A stretch of DNA of 59,188 nucleotides, counting the filler, from Sphacelaria rigidula (taxonomy: Eukaryota), in assembly GCA_964200075.2 (NCBI GenBank). It is 6 parts of 6 records of this genome, joined end to end, with 100 filler letters (N's around TTAATTAATTAA, not from the genome) between each part and the next. Parts side by side here need not be neighbours in the genome. Positions count along the whole stretch, not along the records: positions 19,767 to 29,548 come from CAXNAA020007777.1; positions 29,649 to 39,429 come from CAXNAA020007778.1; 4 more parts are not named here. One strand, written 5' to 3'. Shown one piece after another: positions 26,141-39,137 of the stretch. Within the stretch, counting starts at the first letter, position 1; each line of letters opens with the position of its first letter. Under the pieces are notes generated by a model. That model was not told where the DNA came from and made no database searches. It was given only the letters and a program-made list of their open reading frames with translations. The position numbers and the translations under genes were made by a program.

Positions 26141-27329
26141 GTCTCAGTTTGTTTGGAGAGGGTGGGCCTCTCAGATGCCCGGTAAGGTGAAGAATTAACA
26201 TCCAGATACCGTTTGCCTTCCAGGAGTTCTGACCCCGTGACCCCACCGTCTGATCGGTTGGATTGCTCACGTGTTCGAATAGGAAAATAGGCGAGAGCTG
26301 CGGTAGAAATAAAAAGCAGGGCCGTTTGTGTGCCGCGAATGTTGGTCTTTCTTGTTTGGCGTGCCTGGGGTTTGACTGTGTCCACACTCTTCTGCGTTGT
26401 GCCTACTCCTTCATTTTGTGTAGTTTGTGCTTGTTCTGTGTCCCGCGCTGTTGTCTGTGGTTGCGGTCTCGCGTGAGACTTTTAAGTCTCAGTATTTTTA
26501 CTCTCGCTTCCTGTTGTATTTATGTTTTTGCGGTGACATTGAATGACTTAGTCCGTGGACACCAATCATGCAAACTCCTGTTTGAAAGGCGTCCACTCAT
26601 GGTACCTGCGGTTTGTCGGGGTTTTTTCCTATTTCTCCAAGTACGACGCCGTTTTGCCCAGAGGCTGGGCTACCTTGCTTCTGCTCTCGTGTATATTGGG
26701 TATAATGTCTAACATGTCACTTCTTGCGTGAGTAGTGATGACTGGTCTGATTTTTTTGCCACCTACGTACAGTCCAAATGACCAGCCCTCGCGAGGTCTA
26801 GGAAGGATCCCTTGGCTACGCAATAGTGGTCACGGTGTGGAAAAAATCGGTATATGGGGAAGGGTCCAGGGCAATTGTTGGATCCGAACACACGTGTCAC
26901 CTGCTTCGAAAAACTATGGTGCCTAAAACGTCCATCACTCGGAACAAGATATGTGTGAATGCTCGCAGACACTTCGAAACATATCCATATCATAGCCGAC
27001 TCCTTTGTGCCCCCCTTGGTCTCACAGTAATTTCGTCTTCCATGATGGGGGGATGGGGGAGGTTGCAGGCGAGGAAGGGGTCCAGAGCAGGCCTTGGGGT
27101 CATGAAGGAAAATCGACTTGCATGTGCGTTTGCCCGAGGCATGAACAATGCATTATGAATACGACGTGAGCCCTGGTACTTTTTATCGTACCCCATTCTC
27201 CACCAGGCAAAAGGAAGACGTGACGCCAGCCCGAGGAGGGCAGGCAGAACGGTATTTTTGCCTGCGTTACATGTGTCTCACTCGCATATTGTCTTCAGAG
27301 GCATTTCAGAGATGGTCATGTGAGAGTGC

Positions 27330-27810
27330 TACCGGGTTCAAAGATCGTCATGAAAGGTTTTCACTTTCGCCATCCGGTTTCAAGATGGTCACATGATATG
27401 TTCACTTTTGCCGTCCGGTTCAAAGATGGCCATGTGTGATATTTTTCGGCAGAAGAAATGACGTCTACTATTTCCCCACCGGCGGGGATGGATCCGCCGG
27501 ACCAGGTCGCCACGCCAAGCGCGTAAGTCGGTGCAATACGTGCCTATTCGGAAAGAAAACGGTGCTGGCTCGCTGATTTTGTAGCGGTTGAGCATCATTA
27601 CGTTACATCCCGTAAATAATTACGCTTCGGATCCTGGTACACATGATGCAGCGGGATTATGCATGTCTTTTCCCCGTTCAAAGACGGTCACGTGAGATAC
27701 TTCCCCTTTTGCAGTCCGGATCAAAGAAGGCCATGTTAAACTTGTGCCCGGTTCAGATATGATGGTGGAGAAAAGATCACCTTGACCGTGCGGTCAAACG
27801 ATGGTCGTGT
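27330..27810 (+). repeat. Degenerate minisatellite (CCGGTTCAAAGATGGTCACGTGA... units)
   Basis: Variants at about 27333, 27374, 27415, 27674 and 27716. Confidence 0.65.
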
Positions 27811-28802
27811 GAGCTTGCTCTGCACGTGAAAAGCCTTTGCTTCTTCGCCCATAACACCAGTAGGTGGATTCAGACGTCATTGACGTGGTCATCACATGTG
27901 CGATCCATCGGCTTTCGTCACAAGATATGCTGTAGCTTTATCAATGATGCCCGCCCCTGCAAGACATTAATTTGTATCCTAGTTCCTGTCACTATTCTCG
28001 TGCTGTATCTACTCATCATCCTGTGTAACGGAGAGGGGCCTTGTGCTGGTGACCTTGGAATCCCTCAGAGACCCCCCCGCGCGCCTCTTCCATATGTGAT
28101 ATCGTCGAGTGTCATCTCAATCTCGTGCGTTCTGGTCCAGCTTTCGTAACTCCTTGCATTAAAGCTTGTACATCCGTGGCATGCTTCTCCGAGAGGGCCT
28201 TCATTGGATCAAGATTGATCTGCGCGACCCACCGAATTGTCCCAGCAACCACCAATTTTGGGGTGGAAAGCACGGACAAGGGGAAATACAAGGAAGGAGG
28301 GGGTTGTGAAAATTGATGCATGAAACCACAGAGTGGAGACATAATATAACATGGTATATACAGGACACCCCACGGGGCGTGTAAACTTTGTCGACCTCTA
28401 GCATGAACGTGTACCACCTTGGTCGTATGTGTCTCCCTTCCGAGTGCGGGCCTGCGGTGAAATTTGCGAGGAACTTGCTGTTTTTTTGTCATTTCAGCTT
28501 TAACACGACATGGTGGATGGTGGTGGGTAACGATGGCGCGCTATCACGCACGATTTTCGATGACGAAGGCCGTCATGCTACTTTGTTGCAGTGGCACTTG
28601 ATGGGGGCAGCACTACTACTATAACGAAGAAGAGTCTGAATTCGAGGTAAGTACATCCGGGCATAGACACCAGACTTGGTGCCTGACCGGTTTAAGGTGG
28701 ACCCAAGTCACAATAAATGGGTATTAGCATGCATGGCTCAAGTCGTGCCCTGAAAAAACATGTTGGCCTTGGTGACCTACTGACCTTGGAGAGGCCTTAC
28801 TG

Positions 28803-28834
<32 letters not shown>

Positions 28835-28847
28835 TTACCACTACTAC
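28803..28847 (+). repeat. (TAC)n microsatellite
   Basis: Direct inspection. Confidence 0.95.
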
Positions 28848-28903
28848 GTGCCATTGCTCAATTTCTCGGGAGTAATCCAGGATTAGCGATGGCAATAGTA
28901 GCA

Positions 28904-29172
28904 CTAAAGCGCAGAGCAACAGCGGACGATGGTCTTGTTGGCAGTAAAAACGTAGTGCAGGCTGTTGAAGGAACGCACATCATCCGGGAAATCGTACTTT
29001 CGCCCCCCGGTTTGGTTGTGGTGGCGCAAAACTGTTGATACTTTGGTCAGGGCCCGCCTAGCACTGGCCACGCTCTTGAGTTTGTTGATCACGTACTCAT
29101 TTCTCGCGGCCACTTCGTCTCTGAAGTAGCTGAGGCACACACGACAGAAGCGCACGTACGTTGTCAAATTCT
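28904..29172 (-). CDS. Possible terminal exon of an unidentified gene
   Basis: Open frame TTYVRFCRVCLSYFRDEVAARNEYVINKLKSVASARRALTKVSTVLRHHN...CCSAL* with coding-like codon usage; weak acceptor, no family recognised. Confidence 0.3.
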
Positions 29173-29464
29173 CATAGGCGGGATGAAAAAATCACGCGCG
29201 GCGCGTTTACGCCGGCTTGTCACCAAAAATATATGGTTGGCACGCATCACTTAGATGGTCCGAAGATTGGGCAATGTGGGCGGTCAAGCCATTTCTTATA
29301 CGACAGAGTTGCTCTGAGTCGTCGCTGCAAGCAGCGGCATTCACTTAAATGCTCTTCATATTTAACACAACACACGCATTCACATCTCCCAACGTCTTCA
29401 GTCGCACACAAACGCATGTTTCAGGTCGTGTAACACACATATCAAGTCTCCGTTTCGTGCAATC

Positions 29465-29507
<43 letters not shown>

Positions 29508-29548
29508 CCCCCCCCCTCCCTTCCCTCTTTCTTTTTTTTTGTTTTTGT

Positions 29549-29648
29549 NNNNNNNNNNNNNNNNNNNNNNNNNNNNNNNNNNNNNNNNNNNNTTAATTAA
29601 TTAANNNNNNNNNNNNNNNNNNNNNNNNNNNNNNNNNNNNNNNNNNNN
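29549..29648. other. Artificial contig-join linker
   Basis: Same 100-nt linker; preceded by poly-C and poly-T runs. Confidence 0.98.
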
Positions 29649-29862
29649 AGTCCAAACTCGCTAGTGCGGCAGAGCTAGACTCGACTGACTGATAGTAGGC
29701 TTCTTGCCCGGCCCAGCTCGTATACTCCAACTTTTCAATCTCGATCAGACTTGTTCGAGAAATCGCCAGAGAGTCGAACACGCCTCCATATCCACAGGGC
29801 GGAGTAGGAGTTATGAGATCTTGAGACTGTCTGCATAGTTCAACCGGGCCTACGAGGAAGCG

Positions 29863-30003
29863 CACGCCCTGAACAACAGATGGCATAGTCGAAAAATTGT
29901 ACTGCGTACAGTACGGGTTCTAGCGCGGTGTACTGCAATAGACGCAATAGTCGATACTGTACGCGGTACAGTTTTTGACAGTATGATCTCTGTCCAGCGT
30001 GTG
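29863..30003. mobile_element. hAT-type MITE (family B)
   Basis: CACGCCCTGAACA...TGTCCAGCGTGTG termini; body GTACTGCGTACAGTA...GCAATAGTCGATACTGTACGC shared with 39601-39739. Confidence 0.75.
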
Positions 30004-30112
30004 AAGAAGAGACTCCTGGCGGTGGTTTGCGTGTATTAGCTTGAACACCAGAAGAAGTGCTTTTCGACAAAGGTAATAATAATAGAAAAACTGTTCAAAG
30101 ATTACAACCTTG

Positions 30113-30371
30113 CACGGTTCAGACGAATAATCGCTGGTTCGAATCACCAAATCCACGATTTTGCAGGCCCGATTGCTTGAAAGAGAGAAAAAAAGTCGCC
30201 CGGTGGTCAAAAAGGTCCCAACGGAACGTTTGCGCCATTCCGCGTGCCGGGGCTGTGCGTACCTGGGTTGCAACGCTGCGAACGAAGCCCAAGGATTGAT
30301 TCGTGCGGCACGAATCGAAAACACTAAAACAAAGTAATTTCCAGACGAATCATTCATTCGTCCGATCCGTG
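30113..30371. mobile_element. hAT-type MITE (family C)
   Basis: Perfect 8-bp TSD CAACCTTG; TIRs CACGGTTCAGACGAAT and ATTCGTCCGATCCGTG; homologous to 46852-47117 and 54953-55212. Confidence 0.92.
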
Positions 30372-30689
30372 CAACCTTGATTGCTCAAACTCCGTGAGAA
30401 GCGGCCCGCTTGCACCAAGTGTGGGATTCGAGAAGGGCGCTGCAAGTACTGTTTACTGTACTGCACTTTTAATGTTCGGTAACGCAAAAAAATGTGAAAG
30501 GGGTCCCGTGTGCAGGGTACCAAACCCCGCACAGATGGAGCTTCCCGGGATGTAGGCCGGTGCATACATGCCCAATGCTTGTAGCATATGAATTTGTTGG
30601 GTGGTTGATGTTTGGTTGGGGTGGATGGGTCAGGATAGGTTTTTGGTTGCTAAGGTTTCTTGTGGCGACGGGCAAGGGAACATCATATG

Positions 30690-30834
30690 CATACCCTGGA
30701 AAAAAAATGACATTAGCAAAAAGTATATGCATGAAATCGAATCTTACTGTCGGAACTGGACAGTAGATTCGATACTGTTCGATACTGTATACGTAGTACA
30801 CTTTTTGCGCATGTAACTTCATGTCCAAGGTGTG
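30690..30834. mobile_element. hAT-type MITE (family B, diverged)
   Basis: CATACCCTGGA...TGTCCAAGGTGTG termini and a TCGATACTGTA...GTACACTTTTTG core; TSD not preserved. Confidence 0.6.
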
Positions 30835-31573
30835 ATAAAACAATGCCGATGGCATGACTGTACAAAGAGTATCGGGGTGCCCAATATATTCAACCATACA
30901 TCACTGACTAAAATTTATCAGGAACCTGAGTTTGAGATGTCTCTATTGAATTCAGCATTTTTGCCCCCTGGCCACTTCAACTTGCTGCTGGCGGGGAAAT
31001 TACGTGGTGTGACGTCCGCCCACCGACTTAATTGGGAGGTATAAGGCGTACATTGACATGAGGGCAGGAAGGGATTCCATCGGGCGAGATTTGCTGTTAC
31101 CGGAAGACGGAACGGAACGATAAGTCCCCGTCCCGTCCAGTCCTAGCTTCCCGTCCCCTTGGAATAGCCCGGAAAAGAGAATCCGCTCGGGAACCCTCAG
31201 CGTCGGTGGCGTTATGATACGGACCACAACAGCACAACGGCCATGAGAGTCGGGGAAGAGGGAGGGAGGGGAAAAGAGGCCACTATGGATCGATTTGGGG
31301 CTTTTACCACCGAACAGCGCAACCGGGAAATGTCCTCTTCCACGGACTTGTCCGCCGGTTCATCCAACAGGTCACAGCAGTGCCGGTACAGCTCACCGCA
31401 CACAGTTTTCCTTCCGTCCTCGAGACCAAATCCGTCGTACCCCCAACCGGCAGGTGGAAACACGGTAACCTGTCTGTTGTACAAACACAACACGTGCGAG
31501 CAATCCAGCTTTCCGCACTCCTCGTGCTTTGTGAGCACTGCTTGCACTTTGGGCATCTGCCAACGACACTCAC

Positions 31574-32262
31574 CGGTGAATAACGAAGCTATTTGGCACC
31601 GCCTCCCAGTGCAGGTACCGCAGTAACCTAGCAAGCTGCAAACCTAACGCCAACCGTCGACGAAACGGAAACTGCACCCTGACTTTGCGTGTCCGCGCCC
31701 GACCGAGCAGCGACGCATCCTCCCTGTCTGTGCCGAGCTGCTGCGCAAGATTTTTTTTCTGCAGACGCTCCAACACGATAAAGGGCACAGACACTGCCGA
31801 CATCCCGTCACGCGTCCCGCCAGCTCCGTACACGCCTATCAGGTGGGGGTGGTGCCCCAGCCGCTTTAGTATAGCAATCTCGTTACTGAGATCAGCTACC
31901 GCGTTCGCTGGATCAGGGCAGCCGTCGAGCGGCAATTTTATTGCTGCAGGGCTGTTTTGACTGCTTGAGGCTGTGTTACGATGGCGCATCTCGCACGCAA
32001 GCACCATGCAGTAGCCCCCATCTGCGATATGCTCCTTCAATGCAACCTCCGCTGACAGCAAATCCCAGCGTTGTTTTGGTACCAATGGAGTAAACTTGGT
32101 GGATTTGTCGGGCTCTTCTGCGGTTGTTGACGTCGTCTTGAGGCATCTATCCGACACCCCCAAATCATCGTCGTTGATGTTACGCACCGCAACTTCTGAC
32201 AGCTTAAGTGCCTCAGGGCTATTGTCGGTGGGCTGTGGTGCCAACGAGTGAGTACATCCCAT
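31574..32262 (-). CDS. Protein kinase (TKL-like), first coding exon, subdomains I-VIb start
   Basis: MGCTHS start with an in-frame upstream TAA; IADGGYCMV (Gly loop), AAIK (catalytic Lys), NEIAILKRLGHHPHLIGVYG (helix C), FIVLERL, LARLLRYLH...VIHR, then a GTGAGT donor splitting HR|D. Later exons (DLK, DFG, APE) were not found on the contig. Confidence 0.9.
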
Positions 32263-33701
32263 ACCCCGCCGTCGTTACGTGATGAGTAAAGATAACCTAC
32301 GCCCCAGCGCAAGGTGTAGGATGAGTGTGTTTCATGCGGTTAGGGTCCGACAGAGGGAAGTTAGAATGTACCTTCGCCCAACGAAGAACTTGCCGGACCC
32401 GTGATTGACGCGGGTAGTTCTCGATATATCCATATATACCGCCGGCCAGTATATACTGCCTGCTCCTTTGACCAATAAAACTTCGGTCGCCCTATTGCTT
32501 TGGTCTACTGTATGAAAGAACAGAGAACTCAATCACGAAGGATCGTGCGATCAATTCAAAGCAGCGACAGAGTATTCGGTACATATTGCAGTGTACAACC
32601 AGGTACAACACAGGACACAGCACTCGAGTCGGCGCGACAGTTGAACAGACGAAGGCTTAATTTCACGAGAGAGAGCGTAACAGCATCCAGCAGGCTGATC
32701 CAACGTGCCGGCGCTCCAGTGGTGATTGTCTTGATGACCAGGACTCGCCAGTTGATCGGCGTGGCACGCCAAGCCACCTCGCATCCATGATCCTTTATTT
32801 CCGAAGGGATCTTACGACGTGTACACCCGTCGGGGGTCATCCGTTTCATCTACGCCGTCCATTGCTGGCGACCAAATCGAATGTTGTACGAAGTATAAAG
32901 TGTTGTGGTAAATACGCTTCGCTCGCACCCAACAGCATGAACCCACGCCATGATTCTTCCGAGATGCGTGTTTCAAATGAACTAATACCAGAAGTATATC
33001 GCAAAAAGTTAACCCCTGTATCCCTGGATGGCCGGCCTGATTGGTGACTATTGCAAGTCACCTGCGAGTGCGTCGTTCTACCGGCCGCGTGTTCACGTCT
33101 AGAAGGTTGATATCTGTGTGTACTTGGATTTGTGACGAAGCGGTTTTGAGCAAGCTTCGTTCGATAGTATATTCTGCACGCAGAAGAGTAATAGCATGCA
33201 AGTTTAAGGTTAACTTCCCTTCTTCGCCGAAGATACCCACATACGCGCCGTCAGTAGAAGGCGTATTTTACTTTCAAGGTAACCGCATATGCCTCGCAAG
33301 TGATCGAATATGCGCGGATGCCCAACGAAATAAAGGTATGATATGAACTAGTTTTATGCCATAACATTCGACTGAAATCCCCCTCCCCCCCTCTCTCGAC
33401 ACTTGCAAGCTACCAGAAGCTGTTGCACTGTATAAACAAATCGCCAGGCATCATACTCTGCTTATTGTCTTCCTTCGACCGTGTGCTGCATTCCAGAGGG
33501 GGTGGATCAACGGGTATGTCAATGTACGGCATACAGCAGATACTTTGTTACACATTCCAAGTGCACATTCTGAGGTTCTGCGCGTGCAGATCGTACGATG
33601 CGGCGCAACTAAAACATACATGTGTGCGCAATGTAGCCAGTCATTGTCACACAGCCATTAATTTTGGTACATGTCTTGACGCGATACGCATCTGTAGGGC
33701 G

Positions 33702-33782
33702 ATGAGGGCACCCGGAGCAGGGGGGGAAAACAAAGCTACCATGGATCCAACCGTGTTCCTAGCTGGTGCTCCTCGTCGGAGG
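33702..33782 (+). CDS. Multi-exon gene with LRR-like segment, candidate exon 1
   Basis: MRAPGAGGENKATMDPTVFLAGAPRRR then GTGAGC donor, phase 0. Confidence 0.5.
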
Positions 33783-33935
33783 GTGAGCTTTCTTCCTCGC
33801 TGTACTTGCTATACCCTTACTATATACAATGTGTGTCACACAATGCCCCCTAAAATTCATGCTGAATCGGGGGGGTATGCTCATGATCACGCTGAGTGTG
33901 CACTTAAACGTTTCCGCATTTTCTTCGTCTTCCAG

Positions 33936-34185
33936 GACGCGCACTCCGGCCAAACTCTACCAGGGAGCGCTTTCTCCTTGGCCTCCGCTAGCTGCTCCTT
34001 GAACAGCGTTGGGATAGGTCTGGGGGGATCGGGCATGATTGAAAGAACAGAAATCGTCAGCAATAGGGGACGAGATTTCTGTACTCTCGACGGAATCAGC
34101 AGTGGTGCTCGCGAGCTGCCCGAGACAGATATGTTCATGATGCAGAATAGCGTTCTTCTTCCGCATCACCCCGCCCCACAGTACG
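33936..34185 (+). CDS. Same gene, candidate exon 2
   Basis: Polypyrimidine TTCCAG acceptor, G|GTGAGG donor; DAHSGQTLPG...HPAPQY; phase 0 to 1. Confidence 0.55.
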
Positions 34186-35045
34186 GTGAGGGATTTCTTG
34201 CGGATGTACCATCAGGCTCTTGTTTGCATCGTGGAGCATGAGAGACTATTGTCGTCGCAAAAGTTCCAGCTCGCGTAAGTACAAGATACTTGAAGTTAAA
34301 CTTCTGACCGATTCACCAGCCGATCCTCAAAAATGGGGTCCATCACTAAAATGAGGCTCAACTCGCCTCCGAAGAATCGAGAATTCATGCCAAACAGTAT
34401 CGCCACAGGAAAGCATTTTCGCAACCAGAATTTCTGCTGCAGGTACGCCGGTGTGGTGAGGTGCACCAAATGAATGCGGTACACACGCGTGTCGATGGCG
34501 ATATCACCAGAGAAGCAGCGGCGGACAGGAAGCTCCTTGCCGGTCTCCTTCGTGTGTCCTCGTTCGGCAATTCCCACTCGCTGCAGATATTGGCATCATG
34601 TCACAGTAACAGCACATACCCAGGTTGCCATCCTCCGTTAATCGCTGACCAGGAACGTCTTGCCTAAGAACAGCTTCCGAGCAACGACAGTAGTAGGAAG
34701 TCGATTCATCCCGGATGATTACTGCAACTTCGTTGTTGCATGTCCTGACTGGCTGTAGCAATTCAATTGTACAAGTCTTGTAAGGGAGAAGGGGAATCAT
34801 ATCCGAATCTGAATCCGTCAAACCAAAACTAGAGAATGCCACTAAGATCCTTCAAGTCAAACACACACACATATACACATCTGCTGACGGAACCAGAGGA
34901 GATAGACTCTTTTCACATGTTCCATTTTTCGCGGGTTCCCAAACGATACAAAGTGTGCGGTGGTCGTCCCACAATCATATATTTCACGAGGTAACGCTCC
35001 CCACCATGTGCCGTCACGGGCACAACTTATTACCTAACCGGCCAG

Positions 35046-35245
35046 GTGCAAACTTACAAAGGACATGCCAAAACATTTCTCCGTTCGGCACGGCACCCTT
35101 GATATGCGGACGGTCGTTCCGAGAGGCAGTCAAGGCGCCGGCTTTGATCACGGGTCTGGGCCTGAATTCCGCTCAACGACTCCTGTGCTCACGCGAGCGC
35201 AACCGCACTCGGCGACACTCCAAGCAACTGCCGTCGCTAGCCAGG
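35046..35245 (+). CDS. Same gene, candidate exon 3
   Basis: CCAG acceptor, AGG|GTGAGT donor; GANLQRTCQN...SKQLPSLAR; phase 1 to 0. Confidence 0.55.
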
Positions 35246-35932
35246 GTGAGTACACCACGAGCGCTGATGGCAGCGGTGGTTTCGGCGTGCCGCCTTCGCG
35301 TCCGGAATACCTACTGACTCAGTGAGCGGGATGACCTTCATGCCAAGCCGTGCGGCGGTCAGGGGGGCGACATTTTCGAGCGTTGTGTGGGTACTCATAG
35401 AAAATTTCTCCGATTCAATCCGTTCGTATCGTCAACAGAGTTGCCTGCCGGCGTAGACGGCCGCACGCGATGCGGTTGCCGTTCACAACTCGCAAGCCGT
35501 GGAACGCCGCGCAACCCTGTGCACGGAAATATCTTTCAGTAGAGCCAGAAGGGTACCTAGAGGCGGATATTGAGATTTGCGACATGTTTCGATGAGGGTG
35601 TCACCATGTATACAAGGTGTTTGTATGTTGTGCGCACATTGGGCAACCTCATGACAACATTCTACCTGGTAAGTTGGATGCAACGTGGCATCACGTGGGA
35701 CGTTGAAAAACACCCCCAAGATGCCCCTCTGGCCACCGGTTAGACAAGATCGAAGGTAAACAGCATCTAAGAGAGCAATATACCGCTTCGGGTTGATAAT
35801 CAAGTGAGTGCTTACAGGAAGCAATTTCTACGATCGGCTTCGGCGCGGCAACATGCCCGTTAACGACAGAACATCACCAAGAATGCTTGTCTGACAGCTT
35901 GAAAGAAGCTCTTTCACCGTCGCTCTGCGCAG

Positions 35933-36419
35933 GATCATGTCCCTTCACCGTCTCCAGGGTTGGAAGCGTTTGATGATACGTTTTTCGTGACGGGAGAGGG
36001 GGTTAAGGAAAACGTGTCCAGCCCAGTCGAGACGGCACCAGAGCAGCATGTCGACGCCATTTCTTCCCCAAAGGCAAAAATGGGGATCGGGGGACAGCTT
36101 TTGCAAGAGCACAAGGGTGTCACCGCAGACGGCATTATTCCGACGAAAACGCCGCGAGATGGGCCGGAAACTTCTGAGTGTTCCTCGGAGGATCACGCGA
36201 CCACCTTGGGCAACCAGCCCCTTTGTTTTAGGCCACGACCCATTGGGCATCTCGTTACGAAAACCTTGCGGCGCATCGACCCGAGCGGGGTGTTCAGCAC
36301 ATATCAGCAGTGGGCTGACGTCAAGAATCGAGTACTGTCCAGTGAGAAACCTCATACTGTGTTGAACCATTGCATACCGAAGATGCCCCCGAAGCTGCCA
36401 ACAGTAACGGCAATCCCCT
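35933..36419 (+). CDS. Same gene, candidate exon 4
   Basis: GCGCAG acceptor, GTAAGT donor; 487 nt open, DHVPSPSPGLEAFDDTFFVTGE...LPTVTAIP; phase 0 to 1. Confidence 0.7.
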
Positions 36420-36928
36420 GTAAGTATGGGCGCGTGCGTACAACGTGAAATCGCGCTGTATCTTTTATGTTGCTACCCTGCTTTCATTGGTGGATTCGAT
36501 TGATTGATGATCTCACATTAGCGGATTGCACCAACCCAGCCCGTGGTCAGGAGCAGCGCAAAAATATTGTATACGCACTGAAACCCGTGAAAGCATGGGG
36601 CGTTGCGAAATGTGACAGCGTGGGAAATAACGTGTACCATCGACAACTTTTCAAAACTCCTGGATGGGAGCACTGTATCTATGCGGCAGGGAGAGGGGAC
36701 TTCTGCCACAGAAGAACCAAATGCCGTCCTTCGCGCGCTGCTACGCAAAGAGCCATCGGTCTGTCACTGCCATCTCATTCCCAGTATCCTGCACGACCTT
36801 CACTACTTACCTGTGCACGGAGCAGCTGAAGTTGCGCCTCTTTTCCCCAGTTTAAACCTAATAACTGCACCCTCGATTTTGCCGGACACAGCGGCTTTTC
36901 ACCGACTCGAATCCACAACACTGCACAG

Positions 36929-37099
36929 ACAATTTTGAGGGGCAGCAATCGGACTTGCAACTATACCGTAATCTTTGGAACGACGACGATGGCGGTGACC
37001 TCAGTTCCGGGACTGAAAGCGATGACGATGTTATCGTGAATCACCGAGTTTCACACGTCGTCAGCCGAGGAGATGACCAACAGCGGCAAGCGTCAACAG
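36929..37099 (+). CDS. Same gene, candidate exon 5
   Basis: CACAG acceptor, CAG|GTACTA donor; YNFEGQQSDLQLYRNLWNDDDGGDLSSGTESDDDVIV...; phase 1 to 1. Confidence 0.62.
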
Positions 37100-37462
37100 G
37101 TACTACCGGGGGATAGCTTGAAAACGGATCCCGGCGATCGCTGAATATCGTGTAAACTGCTGATACGAATTGCGGGCAGAGCAGCTTGAGCGCGTAGCCT
37201 CAACGCGGAGTACACAAAGAGACCTCTTCTCGATCCATCACCCAACCCTAACATACCCTCCACCACACAACATTGAGAGGGCCTGAAGCAGTGTCGGGGA
37301 CGCTCGGGCACGTGGATTTGTGAAACACGTTTGAAAATTTCACACAAACGGGGCTTTTAAAACACCAGTAGCATGGGTCCGGCAACAAAGATGCACGATG
37401 TGGAGCGCATTTTCGGTGTCATAATGCCGCTTTTCATTTTGTGATTCTCGCACCTTTCAAAG

Positions 37463-37689
37463 AATCTACGAATACATGCCGAGGACCACCCGCAACGGAA
37501 GGATGCCCCGAACAGGAGACGGTCCAAACTTCGATGGACGACGGCAGCTCACTGCCCACAGTGGGTGCCATTCATCGTGGAGGCCTTGATTCCGACGGTG
37601 TCCGTCGCAGCATGTATAGCTCCTTCAAATCTGGAGACGAAGCAAGCGCTGGAAATGGGGTTCCGGAACTTACTTGTGGGGCATTATCG
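37463..37689 (+). CDS. Same gene, candidate exon 6
   Basis: AG acceptor (an in-phase alternative lies at 37484), GTAAGT donor; ...GPPATEGCPEQETVQTSMDDGSSLPTVGA...CGALS; phase 1 to 0. Confidence 0.6.
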
Positions 37690-39137
37690 GTAAGTATCAT
37701 GCAGCTCAGGAATAGATTGCACCTGCGGCATATGTGTCACCTGACAATAAGTACACCTCCGAAGGGAATGGCATGTAATGTTCGCGCAACGATTCACACT
37801 TGCCTCGGCGACCGACACTTTATCTCCGTCTTCATGTCTTCGAATGGTACACGGAATGTGACACTCGTGTGGTGTCCGTGAATTAATCCTATATATGCAT
37901 ATATGTGTGTGTGAATTTTACACACTTGTGGCAATGGATAACGAGGGTACAGAGAAACTGCGGGTGAACGTCTTTTTCTCCTTAATATTCACAGGCTTCG
38001 CGTTCATATTGACAACGAACATCTGGCAGGTTTACCCGAACTTGCGATGTTTGCAGGTGGAAACAACTCAGCGATGGTGATCATTGTTTTTCGTTTGTAC
38101 CTCATAGCCGGTTGCGCTTGTGATCATCGACGGTACAGGAAAGGCGGCGGCGGAGACGACGGCGAGAGAAACAATACCCACACCTAGATGAGCACAAGCA
38201 CGCAGCGAATCTGGACTATGCCAGAAATATTCTCAAGGTACAACGCTTCGTTTTCTTCGTCTCGCGCTTGAGAAGGCAAGCAGGCGTTTTACGAATGCGG
38301 CGCCCCGCGGTGTGTTCTATCGGCACCGTACGGTAAAGGACGGGAATGACCTTAATCATAATAGCACTGTCTCTCAGAGGGATTTTGACATGGGATGCTT
38401 CTCTGTAATATGATATGTGTTGTTCGCGTTCTAGTGAAACGTACGCCAAAGTGTTTTTGCCTACTGTAGCTGCGTCTCCGTGAAGTCGCTTGGGGCACAC
38501 ATAGGCAGCGCATCCGCCCGTTCGGATATTTTTTGACCCACGAGGCAATTATTTGGACAACGGCAACAGCGCGGGAATGGGAAAACTTGCCCCTCAGTGC
38601 TATCGGGCGGGGATCGGGCGGGGAAGGGTAATAGAGGTATGTTTCCTTCTACAAACCTTGACGGACGGTGCATTGATTTCAGCGCAAGAGAGTATCCTAC
38701 TGACAAACCCAACGACAAGGCGGGCGAGGCAAATGTTGCAAGGACAATCATCATAACTCCAAGCCCGCTAAGTTTTGGATGGCAAATGTCTAATTGCCGT
38801 GCTCGGCCCGGTTCGATGCACGTCTAAACCGAAGGCGCATACATACGGGATATAACACACCAGTTCTTGCCATAAAAGTCAAGGGGCAAGTATGTCAACA
38901 CCTCCCAATTGTGTTGACACGATTCACGGCCGGGGCGTGATTATCTAGCACCTTGACCGCTAGAACTCAAGTTACACCCGGCATCGGGCCACTGACTGCT
39001 CTCGAGGAACGCATCAACAGTTTGTTTTTTATTGCTCGCCCGATTCAAGATGCTATACCTTGCATAGGGCCACTCACTACACCTCGACGAATACGTACCT
39101 CATTTGGTGTTTGAAACCTTGCTGGTCAACCGACAAG

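Noticed and set aside
30915..30945. Next kinase exon reading HR|DISNSGS*
   Set aside because: Lacks DLKxxN and DFG and stops at once; the true exon is probably off the contig.
33423..34241. Single 272-aa ORF
   Set aside because: Better explained as two exons plus an in-frame open intron and upstream sequence.
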